Shown here one piece after another: positions 12,331 through 24,584 of a DNA stretch of 64,000 nt (its first letter is position 1; every line of letters starts with the position of its first letter). The notes under the pieces are model-generated. The model worked only from the letters and a program-made list of their open reading frames with translations, did no database searches and was not told the DNA's origin. Made by a program: the position numbers and the translations under genes. This stretch comes from Oopsacas minuta (Eukaryota > Animalia > Porifera): positions 310,001 through 374,000 of the forward strand of contig JAKMXF010000044.1 in NCBI GenBank assembly GCA_024704765.1. The letters are read 5' to 3'.

Positions 12331-13731
12331 ACATAAGTGAAATTTGTAGGATGACTCCAGTTTGAGAACAAGTACTCTACACAATGTAACTATACGAAAT
12401 TCTGTGATTTTCTAGTGCATTTTACAAAAAGGTTTGCGAGCCGCAACTAACAAACATATCCATTAGTGCTCATTGGGAGAGTTCTTGTTGTTATTGTATG
12501 TTATGATTATTTATGAATAGAATGTAACATAATGCCTATGTTGTTTTGGGTATATCCAACTGCATAGGGACGCTTTGCCCTAGTGTCAAAAGTTCTATGG
12601 GTATATTTGACCCAAAGAGGGACTATTGACCCTAGCGCTAAAACCTTACTCTAGTGCCAGGTGTTCAGTGGGTACTCCTTGTTCTAATTCCAGAAGTCTA
12701 GGGAAATATTTGATCCGTAGGGGGGACTATTGGCCCCAGTGCCACAAGTCCGGAGGGACCACTTGCTTGAATCTTTTGGTGATATTTTCCTCCATAACAT
12801 ATATTAACGTAATCGTGGTACGTTAATTCTTGATATAGATCCTTTTTGTTTTAATTGCCAATATTGTCCAAAATTTCACAATGATGCCCTCCGTTGGAGA
12901 ATAGCCGAAATATCACTGCTGATCTTTGAATCTACTAGAAATTCCTGAAAATCTGAGCAGTTTAACTAAAACTATAGTAAATCTAATGAATTATACTTCC
13001 TATAGTATTCATACTACCATACACGAATTTAGTATCTAAATTTCAATTATACTATGAGCAGGGCAGGGGTTGATCAACCGAATTAAGTGGGCGGTTAAAA
13101 CTGTTTCGATAATAGCGGTTAACAGGTTAACCACTGCATTTATTCTTAATACAATCAATGATGTTTTGAGACTAAAATTGAAATTATTAATACATAGCTA
13201 TTATATATATATATATACAATCGTGATGCGATGTTATCTTTTTCAACTAATGAAATTTGAGAATACGGACCTAAATGTAACTTCTCATAAATACCAAGCT
13301 AGCAAAATTCGTGATATTTTATTTCTTATCTCTCAAACGCTTAGGAACACTAGACATTTGGTTGAAATAATACTTTTTCCTTTAACCGAATATATTTTAT
13401 TTAAGCAGTAAACTGGGGCCTTATTGAGTAAAATTCTAAGAATTCATGAATTATTCTTAGTTTTCGCTAGGAATTCTTAACTTGGCTATACTTAACGGAT
13501 TCTAAGAAAAATTCTTAGAATTGGGTAATTCTACTTGATTGATTCTCGCTATTGATTAACAAAATTTATGACAATTCATTCTACTTCTATCACTTTTTGA
13601 GAAGATATACGGATAGTAGAAAATAAATCCTTATACTTGTATACTTGATTTATCATTAATGAGATAAATTGCCCCAACCAATAGAAAAGGATACTCACTG
13701 CATTTCTCATTTGTGACTATTGTATACACAC

Positions 13732-14771
13732 ATGGCCTCGCTTTTTGTTCTTTTGGAGCCTGAAATAGGCAGTTTACGATACCAGAGATATTTCGTGACA
13801 GGTTAAACCTCCTTGATGCGTACACAGATGTAGAGTTTATTTCTCGTTATAGAATCAAAAGAGAGATGTTCTTAGAATTGCATGATAAAATTGAGACTTT
13901 CATCTCTTGATCTACAAGCCGATCTCATTCACTTTCGGTGACAATTCAATTAGCGGTCACTCTTCAGTTTCTAGCTACGGGTAGTTTCCAAACTGTGGTT
14001 GCATCAGCTCATGGAATTTCCCAGCCCTCTGTGTCCAACTATGTTAGAGGTGTAACAGATGCATTGTACTCAATTGCGAAATACCTTATACAGTTTCCAA
14101 CTGCTGCTAGACAGATGAGCATGCAACATGGATTTATGGAAAAATTCAGGTACCCAAAGTATTAGGTTGCATAGACGGTACACACATCCCAATTGTTGCG
14201 CTTAGCACCAACGAAGCATTTTATGTTAATCGTAAAAGTTTTCATTCAATTAACGCCAAGCGATATGTGACGATGTATTCAAATTTATTGATGTAGTTGT
14301 GAAGTGGCCAGGCAGCACACATAGTGCGTTCATATGGAGGCAATCAGGAATCAATCTTAAGATCGCCAGTGAAAAATTCCAATTCTTGATGGGTGGTTTC
14401 TCGGCGATAGTGGTTATCCGTTGCGCACAAATTTAATAACTCCATAATTATCTCCTGTTACAGGTCGCGAAAGAAGGCATGATCGTGCTTTACTGAAAAC
14501 TCGAAATACAATTGAATGCACTTTTGGAATATAGAAGAGCAGATGGAGATCAATGGACTAGACTGGTGACAGTTTGTGCTATACCGCAGAGAGGGTTTGC
14601 AAACTAATTTTATCCTCCACGATACTTCATAGTTTTTGTGTTGATTCCTGGCATCAAATTGATATTGAAAACTTGGAAAGTGACATGACCCACATTGAAA
14701 CAGACTACACTGAACATTCAGATAATGGGATTTGAGTTCGAGAAAATATAATTATAAATTATTTCACATGA
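13732..14771 (+). pseudogene. Harbinger DDE transposase (HARBI1-like), disrupted
   Basis: LQFLATGSFQ..GISQPSVS, LGCIDGTHIPI, YVNRKSFHSIN, KWPGSTH, FLGDSGYPL and RNTIECTFG motifs across several stops and frameshifts. Confidence 0.92.
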
Positions 14772-14860
14772 TATAGGAAGTTTAATTAATTAACTGAGCA
14801 CATGAATGAATGAATTAGGCTCTGATTTACTTATAACATAATTATCTTAATTAAGGATTC

Positions 14861-15636
14861 CTAATCTTGACTTTGAAAGTAATGAGGCAATGAAGACAAA
14901 TTAGAAGTAGGAAATGAAGGGGACAATGTCTGAAAATGCGGCAGAGGAGGCATAGTTTGAGCCATCAGAAGAGAAAGTGTCTTTGATTAATCCGCTGCTG
15001 TATGTTGCAAAATCTGGATCACTCGATCGAATTTACTCTCAAGTCGATCTAGCTTAGAATCGATGTTAGTCAAAATCTCCAATTTCTTATCTTCTTTCTC
15101 TAAAATTGCACGTTTGGTCGATTCCAATTCGTAATTTTCCAAACGATGGCGTTTTCTTGGGGCTTGTTGGAAAAACTTTATTTCTTCAATATCTTGAGAA
15201 CAGCTGCGCTCACCAGCATCCTTTCAGTTTCATCATTGGAACATTGGAAATCAAGAGAGAGATCGATACCCAATTCAATGCCTTCAAAAGCTTCCTTCCC
15301 TTGATGCTACTGATTTTAGCTTCCCTTTCATTTAAATCATCATCTGCAGGACCTCATCCAGTTTTTCTTGCTGATGCTAACTTATCTGCAATACAAGGCT
15401 TATGTTTTGTTAGTATATTATACCATTTTTTCATGATATCATCTCTTGTTCTTACATTCCCACGTACTTCAGACAGTCTCCCTGAAATTTCTCCTCAGAT
15501 TTTGTTCTTATCATCGAAAGTCAGAGTTGATAGAGCGCCGAACAATTTCGATTTTTGACCATGAATGAGATCCGAGTGACATTATCTCCTCCTGAGTAAA
15601 ATTCTTTGAACGAGTCTTCGATTTTTCAGTGGTCAT
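14861..15636 (-). pseudogene. Harbinger accessory Myb/SANT-like DNA-binding protein, disrupted
   Basis: MTTEKSKTRSKNFTQEEIMSL..RTRDDIMKKWYNI..ARKTG*GP, the Myb/SANT-like trihelix pattern typical of Harbinger ORF2, followed by a C-terminal coiled coil. Confidence 0.82.
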
Positions 15637-16214
15637 AATGCGAGCGATTGTTAAGATATTATCATAATTAATTAATATTGTATTATTATTTATAACTAAA
15701 GATGATAATATACGGAAATGGATAAAATTACGTAGATTGCGTATATTTTGCAGGATGTCACTCAAATGACATTGACTTTATTTACCTTAGTTTAAATACA
15801 ACACCATTTTGTTTCAAAGTATATGAGATATAATTACAGAAATACTTTTATTGATGTCATAATACAATTCAGAGTGACATCAAGAAATAGTATCTAAATA
15901 TAGTTGGGTATGTAGTTCGACTTGTTCTATACTGCGGTTATTACAACTTGTAGATATGATAGTCAAACATATTGTCTTAAGCGATTTACAATCTTTGTAA
16001 ATAAATGCCTATTTATTATAATTTCATAGAAAAGTAGAATAAATTTTAAGTTAAGTGTACTCTTTACCCCACTAAATATAATTCTTAGAATTATTCTAAG
16101 AATCTCACTTAAAGTTAAGCAAAATTCTAAGATTTTGACTTAAGAATTTTAGTTAATAAGGCCCCTGATAACAATCTACTATTCTTTGACATGTTCTGAA
16201 TAACAAGAAATTAA

Positions 16215-16258
16215 ATGTATCCGTGACCTACGTAATATTAAGTAGGTCACGATGTATC
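16215..16258. mobile_element. Probable P-element-type excision footprint: 15+15-bp TIR stubs between 7-bp direct repeats
   Basis: ATGTATC | CGTGACCTACGTAAT ATTAAGTAGGTCACG | ATGTATC; the two 15-mers match as an inverted pair at 14/15 positions. Confidence 0.65.
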
Positions 16259-17212
16259 GTAAAATTTCTAAGGAAGCGTTCATTGATTTAAATATATATT
16301 GCGGAGATCAACTGTCCTATGATCCGACCCGGCCGACCAGTCAATCTCAATAACAATTAAACAATACTTAACCTTACTAAATTTAGATTGAAACTAACAC
16401 TATGTCAACCCCAATCTCGACAACTTTGGTGAATAAAAGAGGGAGATGTCGGGCAATAATCGAACAATTTGCTACTATGTATCTCAAACTGTTAGCTATT
16501 TTAACTTGCCGATCGAACGGTTGGTCAAAATCTCGAGCGATACGGCCAATATCTGACCGGTTCTATCTCTGATATGTTGAGAATAGCGGAATACAGTGTG
16601 AGCAAAATATAAAGCATAGCACTGGACGAACCTATAAGATCCGGATACTTCCTCAAGCGAGGAACGATTTTTGAGATCAGTTCAAAATGTTGAAAACATT
16701 TTGTGGTAAATGTATACATAATAGAGTTGACTTTAGCTGTATTTCCACGTCAAACACGTATGAATCCTGAAATTGTGGATTGGAACACTTTAGAACTGCC
16801 ATAGAGATAGTATTATTTCTGAGTTCCGGGCATATCCTAAGATCAGAACATCCTCAGCTCCGAGCGACACTGCTCAGATCTCAGAGCTTCGACTGTATTG
16901 ATAATCCGAATAGCAGATAGAAATCGCAAAATAAACTTCAGAAATTGGAATAGTAACTCTAGATCAGTTGATGATTTATGTTCCGTTTCAAATATTTACT
17001 TCTCCTCAAATGGCATTGCAGTAAAATTATTAAATAAGCAACTACGTATTTGTAACCCCAAGATGTTAAGATAAAGGAATTTATTAATATAATTAACATT
17101 TATGAAAAAACAAGTATGACATAATAGCACTATTTAATGTGCAAAAATAGGATGTGAATCTTGAAGCAATGTTGACGGGGTGATGAATTGTGAATACAGT
17201 TTAAGAGTTTAG

Positions 17213-18208
17213 TTAAGTAGAAGGTTTTGGAGGAATAGAAGCTAAGTCTACATTACCCCCACACACTACAACACATACATTCTGTACACCTATACTTGAA
17301 GACAGATGTTTTAACTTGAATGAAGCAGCAAATGCAGCAGCAGCAGAAGGCTCTACTATAATTTTAAGTCTCTCCCAACTAAGATACATAGCAGAGATTA
17401 TCTCTTCTTCAGTTACAGGTATAACGTCTGTCAGATGTTCCTGGAGAACAGGCCAAGTTAAGGAGCCAATCGGAGCAGTTAATCCATCGGCTATCGTCTT
17501 AGGTCGACTCTCCATAGGAATCCTCTTTTTTGCTAAAAACGAGCGATATTTATCACCGACATTTTCAGGCTCAGCTGCATATATTTTAACACTGGGCTTT
17601 ATGCTCTTGACAGCAATACAGATACCAGATATTAATCCCCCACCAGAAACAGCTACTACAATTGCATCTACATTTGGAACTTGTTCTAGTATCTCAAGAC
17701 CTACAGTTCCCTGTCCTGCCATTACATATGGATTATCATACGGATGGATCATTACAGCATTTTCGCCTTGTTCCTTCTTCACTTCTTCTATCTTACTCAT
17801 TATTTCAGGCATCAAAGTACCACATCCATATACACTACCTCCAAAATCCTTAACGGAATTTATTTTAACAGCTGGTGAGTAACTAGGCATTACGATGTGT
17901 GCTTTCAAACCTTTTAACTGAGCAGTCTTAGCCACTGCTTGTGCATGATTTCCACTGCTAAAGGCTACAAGAATGGGCGGTGTGTCCCTATTCAAACAAA
18001 CATTAGTAACAGCGTTCATACAACCTCGAAACTTAAATGAACCAGTCCTTTGAAAGTTCTCGCATTTGAAGTAAAAGTTAAATCCGTGCATTTCATCAAG
18101 AGATGTTGACGTCATTATTGGAGTTCTATAAATGAACGGTTTGATTGTCTCTGCAGCTTTTCGTATGTCATCAACAGTTGGAGGCACGTCATCAAGGGGG
18201 TTAGCCAT
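17213..18208 (-). CDS. SRR: Serine racemase-like PLP enzyme (fold type II), paralogue 1, intronless, 331 aa
   Basis: KCENFQRTGSFKFRG (PLP lysine), FSSGNHA (Ser at the racemase re-face position), GQGTVGLEI, VSGGGLISG, AAEP, TIADG, EPSAA and CGGNVD. Confidence 0.88.
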   Translation of the reverse strand: MANPLDDVPPTVDDIRKAAETIKPFIYRTPIMTSTSLDEMHGFNFYFKCENFQRTGSFKFRGCMNAVTNVCLNRDTPPILVAFSSGNHAQAVAKTAQLKGLKAHIVMPSYSPAVKINSVKDFGGSVYGCGTLMPEIMSKIEEVKKEQGENAVMIHPYDNPYVMAGQGTVGLEILEQVPNVDAIVVAVSGGGLISGICIAVKSIKPSVKIYAAEPENVGDKYRSFLAKKRIPMESRPKTIADGLTAPIGSLTWPVLQEHLTDVIPVTEEEIISAMYLSWERLKIIVEPSAAAAFAASFKLKHLSSSIGVQNVCVVVCGGNVDLASIPPKPST

Positions 18209-18885
18209 GTGAGCTAATAGCTAATTTATCAAAATAATCTATATTCGAATTAATGAGGATTGCAACAAGGTAACACACAAGGTGCAACTTTGTTGGAGGA
18301 AAAGAGAACAAGTAGGCACATGCAACAAGTTTGCCTTCAAAATCCGAATAACTAATTTGCATGAATATTGTTGCGTGGATATTCAACATACAGGATGTAA
18401 GTTTGTTACATCCTGTGGTGGGCTTATGGTGTGCTATAGTCTACTGCTGCTAAGCAGATTGAAACAATATCCATTAATTAATTAAACACAATTGACTCTC
18501 ATTAATATGAAACCTTTATCACAAAACTTAGATAAGACTTTTCATTCCCACCAATGCCTTCCAATGAAAATCAGGATAAATACAAATTCCAGATAAAGAC
18601 TATCACTTGGTCTCATATTAACGAGAGTCCATTAAATACTTTTATATACTGCTGAGGAGCCTGTAAGGTGGATTATGTAACGTAAGGTAGTATACTTGTA
18701 AGATTACAGATTAAAGTGATAAAATATATGATAAGATCGAGTATAATCCTGTTAAATTACGAATCAACAATATATTACTTACTTGAATCAGTTAGTTGTA
18801 GACTATAGAGCATGGGTTAACATAAGTTTCCTTCAGAAGTATGTATCATATAATATTTTTAATTACATAATAATTACTGTATTTG

Positions 18886-20431
18886 CTAAGTTGCAACTTC
18901 CTGTTGGTCAGGCAATCCTGAGTGTAGAATAGAGCTCAATTGCCCTGACATCTTAACAAGTTCTGGATCTAGTGTTTTAAGACTGACACTAGTAATCAGA
19001 GACTCGAATTTAGTAATAAAGTATAGAGCAGATTTGGAATCTGCATTCTTTATAAGAAATATAGAGTAGTTAAGTAGAAGAGATATGTCGTCCGGCATAA
19101 GAGTTAAAGAATGTTCAAATGCCTGTTTAGCTTGACTTTGTTCATTTAGATGAGTTAGAGCTATTCCTAACAAAAGGTAAGATGCTCCTAGACGTGGATT
19201 GGTGCCAATAGCCGCGCGTAAGAAATGAACAGCTGATGCATATTGCCGTATTGTGAGATGTATCAAGCCTAAATTGTATGCTATGCGCCATTCAAAAGGA
19301 GCTAAGTACCAAGAGCGTTTGAGACAACTGACAGCTATGACGTATTTCTTCTTGTCAAAGAAACACATACCAATATTATTCCATAGCTGGGGGCTCTCTG
19401 GAGTGGACAGAGTAGCAACACGGTATTTGGAAATAGCTACATCATGATCCTAATAATAACAACAATATATTTAATTATCAATAGGCCATCTTTACTATGA
19501 AATATTAACTGTATTAGCATATTCACCTGATGTTTCTGCATAACGCTACCTACAGCAAGGATAGCCTTGTGCTCAGTTGGAGAATAAGCGAGCGAGTTGC
19601 CTAGATACTCAAATGCCTCTTGATGCTTATTGTTTCTAAGATATAACAATCCTAATGTAGTCATTAGCTCAGTATCTTCTGCAGAGATAGCTAGAGCTTC
19701 TTTATACACAGCAATAGCTTGTTCGATATTTCCCTCCTCAAGATGTACTCTACCAAGTTGCATGTAGGAGCTGTGTTGCTGTCCAATCTCTATAGCCTTC
19801 TTGAGATGATTCTTTGCAGCAGAACTGTCTCCAAGACGAGCATAGCATATTCCTTGATTATGCAATATCTCCCAATCCTTATTCTCAGGATTTCTGTTTT
19901 GTATAAGTTCTAATGCACTTGAATACACCTGAAGAACGAGTATACAGTAGTTTGTTGCTATTATACAAGCGTGTAAAATTACAATGTTGTATCTCAAATT
20001 AGTACTTCGGTATAATACTATGAACCTACCTCAATAGCTGTTTTATGTTTGCCCATTAGAAATAAAGATCTTGCAATCTGTTTCAAGTTTTCTGGATTTT
20101 GTGGATTTAGTCTTGAAGCTACTTGAAGAGAATCCAAGCTCTCCTGAATCCTTCCTTCCTGTCTGAGTACCATTCCTTGTACATACTGTGCATACTCACA
20201 CATACCTTGAGTCTCTGCTAACTGCTGAACTATCAGAGAACGACAGGTGTCAAAATCTTTTGACATGTAATGAGAATGAATCAACCAGTTACGAGATTCG
20301 AACGGTGGAATTTCAGGTGCCTTACTTGTTCGAATCATTCTCCGCTCCACCTGACGAACTGGGATATCAGTATCATTTGAATTCACAACCTTATCATCAT
20401 TAGATCCTGCACCAGTACCACCATCTGACAT
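18886..20431 (-). CDS. BBS4: Bardet-Biedl syndrome 4 protein (TPR, BBSome subunit), 3 exons: 20431-20030, 19928-19527, 19449-18886 (455 aa)
   Basis: KAPEIP..NWLIHSHY, QGMCEYAQYVQ, LKQIARSLFLMGKHKTAIEVY, PESPQLWNNIGMCFFDKKKY and YLAPFEWRIAYNLGL match recalled human BBS4. Both introns are GT-AG, phase 0 (101 and 77 bp). Confidence 0.96.
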
Positions 20432-21067
20432 GCTACATTATTTATACGTGGTAATGTTTGTTTTAACTAAATATACAACTATTCATGCTTTTCAACAATT
20501 TATAGAACACAGGAGGGGGCAAATGTAAGAGAATTATGTAATTCACAGTTAGAAATGTCATATATATCTACTTTCTACATCCATAAGTAAAATTTGATGA
20601 TTTTCCTAAATTCTCTTTCACAGGTAAGCAATACATGACAAATCAAAATTATAATTCCGATTTCACTACTATGTGATGTTGCAGAGTTTCAACTTCAAAT
20701 AAAATTGTACATAAAGTGAGTATTTGAACAGGTCAGTGCAATAATATTATTGTACTAGCAGAGTAGGTACTTTTCTTATTAGAGACAGTTTCACTTCTAA
20801 TGACATAATAATAGATTATGTGGCGGTTGCTTAATTATTACGAACTTAGTCCGAGAGAGTTAGTCCATTACTTAATCAGCAAAATTGTTTCGCCCAGAAT
20901 ACTACTACTATACTACTAAAGATGTCTGAAGCTCCGTTCAGAGTTGAAATATTAACAAGTTTCACAAACAAAATACTTATGGGATGACCGAGGGTGTACT
21001 GATACAGATATTTTCAAAATTCGAATCACATTTTTCTTGTAAAATGCAAATTATTGAGTCAACATTA

Positions 21068-21219
21068 CAGTAGAACTCGGATAAAACGAACCCCCTCGGG
21101 AAACAAAAATAGTACCATACTACAGAAGTACGTCTTATCTGAATATTTTTCTTATACAATTAGTACAAAAGATTGGTGATCAGTTTTTGAGAAAAGTACG
21201 TCTTATCCTAGTTCTGCTG
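21068..21219. mobile_element. TA-flanked pogo/Tc1-derived MITE (same family as 62876-63041)
   Basis: TIR CAGTAGAACTCGGATAA.ACG / CGTCTTATCCTAGTTCTGCTG with TA on both sides. Confidence 0.8.
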
Positions 21220-21401
21220 TACTCTAAACGATGAGATTTCCAGCATGCATTGGGAGCGATAAATATATAATAGGTTAGGGTCTATGTTAGTTATAGACGA
21301 ATAGCATTAGAATGCTATTGTCAAATGTAATTAATTAAGTTAGTGATTAAAGTTGGTAGCTACAGCGTTTTAACAAAGTTTAGATTTGTTTATGATAATT
21401 C

Positions 21402-24400
21402 TCAGATATTAGCAGGAACACTAAAATGTTGCGTAAAACTATCAATGTTATGTTTGATAGAGCTCTCCAATCTCTGTATAGTCTCAGTAATTTCTCGTAC
21501 TCTGTTCCTAATCTCAACTACCCCCTCGCTGTTAAGAGAATTCTCAGATTGGGATTGAGCAAGTTTTTCCCTCACACTTTTAAGCAGTAGCTTACTCTCG
21601 TATACTTGTATTAGCTGCTGTTTTGTTGTTTGTAACAATTTCAAGTCATCATAAGATATCTTCACCATCTCTTCTCTCTGTTTAGGATAAGGTTGGGAAC
21701 TAGCTATAATATCTGTATGTGACGTCATCAACGGACCAGCATCAGTTAACACTTCACACACAGAACTAGGTTTAATTTCTATGTGATCAGAGCTAGAAGA
21801 GATCTGGTTGCTTGTCTGCTTCATGAACTCAGGAATTCGAGGTGCTGGGAGAGCCCTGCCTCTCACGGTAAAGTCAGTTATCTCTGACCAGAACTTATCT
21901 ACACCAGAATGCTGCCTCGGTATGTTTGACGTGAGACTTGGTACAGCTAGTGCACATCTCCTGACCTCTCTGGTCTCATTCTTCTTTCTAGAAATTGTCC
22001 TCTGTTTCCAAATCTTGGCACATTTAAGCGCACATCCCCAGCTGTATTTGGTATTCCTCTCTATATTCCTCATTAGGTTAGACTCATCAGCTGCTAGCAT
22101 AACATTACCCGCGTGAATTATCTGTAAAATTCCTTTCTTAACAACTCTCTCCTTGAATTCATCAGCTGCTCGTTGATATCTCCCTCTCTTCCTCCTACAT
22201 TCCCTGGCATTAGCTCTCAAGGCCAGGAGAACTTTCCTCTCCAAAGCACGACTCCAAAACCATAAAGCTAACATATGTCTGTGATTGTAGTAGCGCTGTA
22301 AGCTGAGCTGTAATCTCCACTGAGTGTAAGTTCTAGCTAACAGGGATGAGAGATGGAACCAACATGCCCGTTGGTACATATTTATAAACTGCTTCCTAGC
22401 AACCATGGCATTCTTCCATTGAGACACACAGCGGGATGTTAAACAGCTGTAATAGTGATTGTTAGCTTTCATTACATCATATCGCTTTATCACAGTTTTA
22501 TCTCTCAGGCTTAACCAGCCCCAGAAACATCTAGCTAAACAACTCTTATTGATTATAGCTCTGATTTTAGAAATCCTTTCAGCTTCATAGAATCTCCTTT
22601 CTAATACATTTATTTGTGTGAATTTCCAAATTTGGAAACAATCATTAATAAGATATTTATTTCTAAAATCTTCTGCTAGTTTCTCTCTCGCTTTCTGCAT
22701 CTTAACAAATTCAATGTTTTCTCGCCAAATTCTAATCGCCTGGAGCTGAACTTTAATTTTACAGTACTCTTCTGCTCGTAGCATAACCCTATGTTCTTCC
22801 TTCGCTAACACAATGTATTGCTTCCATGCTATGAAGGTTTTACGTATACAGGTCAAACCTAGCAGAGAGATTAATTCATGACATCTTCTTCGAATAAATT
22901 GATTTCTATCAAATATTTGTTTCATTCGATAAAAGCAAATGCTGGTAATTCTAATTTGATATTTATTGTTAGCGAATATTTTCGCTTCTCTCCGCTCACG
23001 ACAGATAACTACAAAATGCTTCCAAATAATGAATACGTTCTTTTGTAGAGAAATTCTATAATTCAAGTCAGCCGTTAAAAAGCGCATTTTCTCGTTGTTA
23101 GCTAATTGATACTTTTCTCTCCACTGAGAAAAGAACGAACGCAATAATATACAAGAATGGTTTTCAAGTGCTTTCTCCAATAATTCATTATTCACTCTTT
23201 GTTGTTCAAGACAATCAACCCAAACGTAGAAATAATGATTAAGAAATATCTCGCGTTGAAACCGAGTAGAGAGATTGGAATGTTCTCTCTCTATAGATTG
23301 TCTACAGAGATACAATTTCAAAGATGTAATGCATTTACTTTGTAGGTTTCTCTCATAATAATATGCTATCTTCTTAAACTTTTCTTTCTTAGCTGTTCTT
23401 GCTGCCCAATAACTCTGAAATCCATTGAAACTTTTAGCAAGTATAACTCGAGCATAATGAGATCTAGCTAATTTAGTAGCACCTCGCTGTTTCAATTCTA
23501 TCCTTTTATCCATCCGAATCTCCCACTCATTCCAGGCGTGACGATATTTCCACAAAACCCATAGACTAAGAGCTATTTGGTTATTCCACTCAGTCACACG
23601 TTTCTGTCTCTGTGCTGTAACTATACATTTCCAGGACTTTGACTTCAAAGTGAATATTCTGAATGATTTAGCAGCGCGTTCTCTCTCCTGCTCCGATCTA
23701 CGGAAATCAGTATAATATACCCATTCTAGCCATAACCTTCTCATTTTGCTACGTGCAGCTAAATTCTCGATCTGCTTGTGTTTGTCTCGTAAGTTCTTTT
23801 CTTTCAATCTCCTAACACTCCATCTCTTCATATAATGACTCATTAATCTGTGTTGATAATCTTGCTTTAAATTCCAATATACCAGTTTAGTATTCCTTCT
23901 ATGTAATGTATAATCTCTCAACAACTCAAAGCTATTATGAACTAATTTAAAATTGTAATAATTATCTGCAAATAAAATCGATTGTATTCTATCATTTCTC
24001 TCTTTAATTCTGAATAACCATACAAACCACACTCTCTTCTTGATAACGCTGGAGTACAAGGATATAGATCTGCTCTCCATTTCATTATATACTTTCTTTC
24101 TAGATAATTCTTCTAACCAAATATGAAATGTCTCTTCAATTCGCTTTCTAAGATTAAATTCATTCGCAATATTAACTTTCTCTTCATCAAATCTCCTCAT
24201 CAAAACAAACTCCTTCCAAGCAGGAAAATAAATCCTAGCAGAGAACTTGTATCTCAGCTGATCTGCTATATGTTCTTTTTCTTTTTCAACTCTGTTTAAA
24301 GTCATAAACATTTTCCAAGCCTTCATACTCTTTATCAATAATCTGAATTTATTGTTGCAATCAGCTCGTACTGACTCTATCCAACTGATTTTATGACAGA

Positions 24401-24584
24401 TATTTTCTTGCCAGAAGTAAAATATTTTGGCCTTTAAGCGCCACATGTAGAATAAGTGAGCACGAGTTGGGCTAACTGAACCAAATGTCTTACGTATCCA
24501 TAAATTACTGTATTTTCTTAACAGATAAATATCACGCGGTGAAACAGGATGAAAAGAGGGAGAAATTCTTGATTGAATATCCAT
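21402..24584 (-). CDS. SFI1: SFI1-like centrin-binding protein, intronless, 1060 aa
   Basis: Long basic helical ORF with many repeats of the type A..F..(L)L...F..W(K/R), e.g. LLRSFFSQWREK, LARCFWGWL, LTSRCVSQWKNA, LLARTYTQWRLQ, and a C-terminal coiled coil. Confidence 0.78.
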   Translation of the reverse strand: MDIQSRISPSFHPVSPRDIYLLRKYSNLWIRKTFGSVSPTRAHLFYMWRLKAKIFYFWQENICHKISWIESVRADCNNKFRLLIKSMKAWKMFMTLNRVEKEKEHIADQLRYKFSARIYFPAWKEFVLMRRFDEEKVNIANEFNLRKRIEETFHIWLEELSRKKVYNEMESRSISLYSSVIKKRVWFVWLFRIKERNDRIQSILFADNYYNFKLVHNSFELLRDYTLHRRNTKLVYWNLKQDYQHRLMSHYMKRWSVRRLKEKNLRDKHKQIENLAARSKMRRLWLEWVYYTDFRRSEQERERAAKSFRIFTLKSKSWKCIVTAQRQKRVTEWNNQIALSLWVLWKYRHAWNEWEIRMDKRIELKQRGATKLARSHYARVILAKSFNGFQSYWAARTAKKEKFKKIAYYYERNLQSKCITSLKLYLCRQSIEREHSNLSTRFQREIFLNHYFYVWVDCLEQQRVNNELLEKALENHSCILLRSFFSQWREKYQLANNEKMRFLTADLNYRISLQKNVFIIWKHFVVICRERREAKIFANNKYQIRITSICFYRMKQIFDRNQFIRRRCHELISLLGLTCIRKTFIAWKQYIVLAKEEHRVMLRAEEYCKIKVQLQAIRIWRENIEFVKMQKAREKLAEDFRNKYLINDCFQIWKFTQINVLERRFYEAERISKIRAIINKSCLARCFWGWLSLRDKTVIKRYDVMKANNHYYSCLTSRCVSQWKNAMVARKQFINMYQRACWFHLSSLLARTYTQWRLQLSLQRYYNHRHMLALWFWSRALERKVLLALRANARECRRKRGRYQRAADEFKERVVKKGILQIIHAGNVMLAADESNLMRNIERNTKYSWGCALKCAKIWKQRTISRKKNETREVRRCALAVPSLTSNIPRQHSGVDKFWSEITDFTVRGRALPAPRIPEFMKQTSNQISSSSDHIEIKPSSVCEVLTDAGPLMTSHTDIIASSQPYPKQREEMVKISYDDLKLLQTTKQQLIQVYESKLLLKSVREKLAQSQSENSLNSEGVVEIRNRVREITETIQRLESSIKHNIDSFTQHFSVPANI

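Larger units (their letters stand above)
13416..16164. mobile_element. PIF/Harbinger transposon, full length, decayed
   Basis: TIRs GGGCCTTATT(G/A)A(G/C)TAAAATTCT with 3-bp CTG duplications at 13413-15 and 16165-67. Two convergent ORF remnants lie inside, and TTCTAAGAA motifs are repeated subterminally. Confidence 0.93.

Noticed and set aside
16402-16900. Possible FLYWCH/Mutator-like remnant (NKRGRCRAIIEQF..)
   Set aside because: Needs several frameshifts, and the key W/C/H residues are not convincingly present.
17316-17882. 188-aa plus-strand ORF (similarly 36426-36698, 4109-4528, 43270-43665, 49441-49878, 21808-22116)
   Set aside because: Antisense shadows of real minus- or plus-strand coding sequences, with no independent motifs.
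19527-20431. BBS4 exons 1 and 2 are both exactly 402 bp
   Set aside because: No sequence similarity between them at the boundaries; treated as coincidence.
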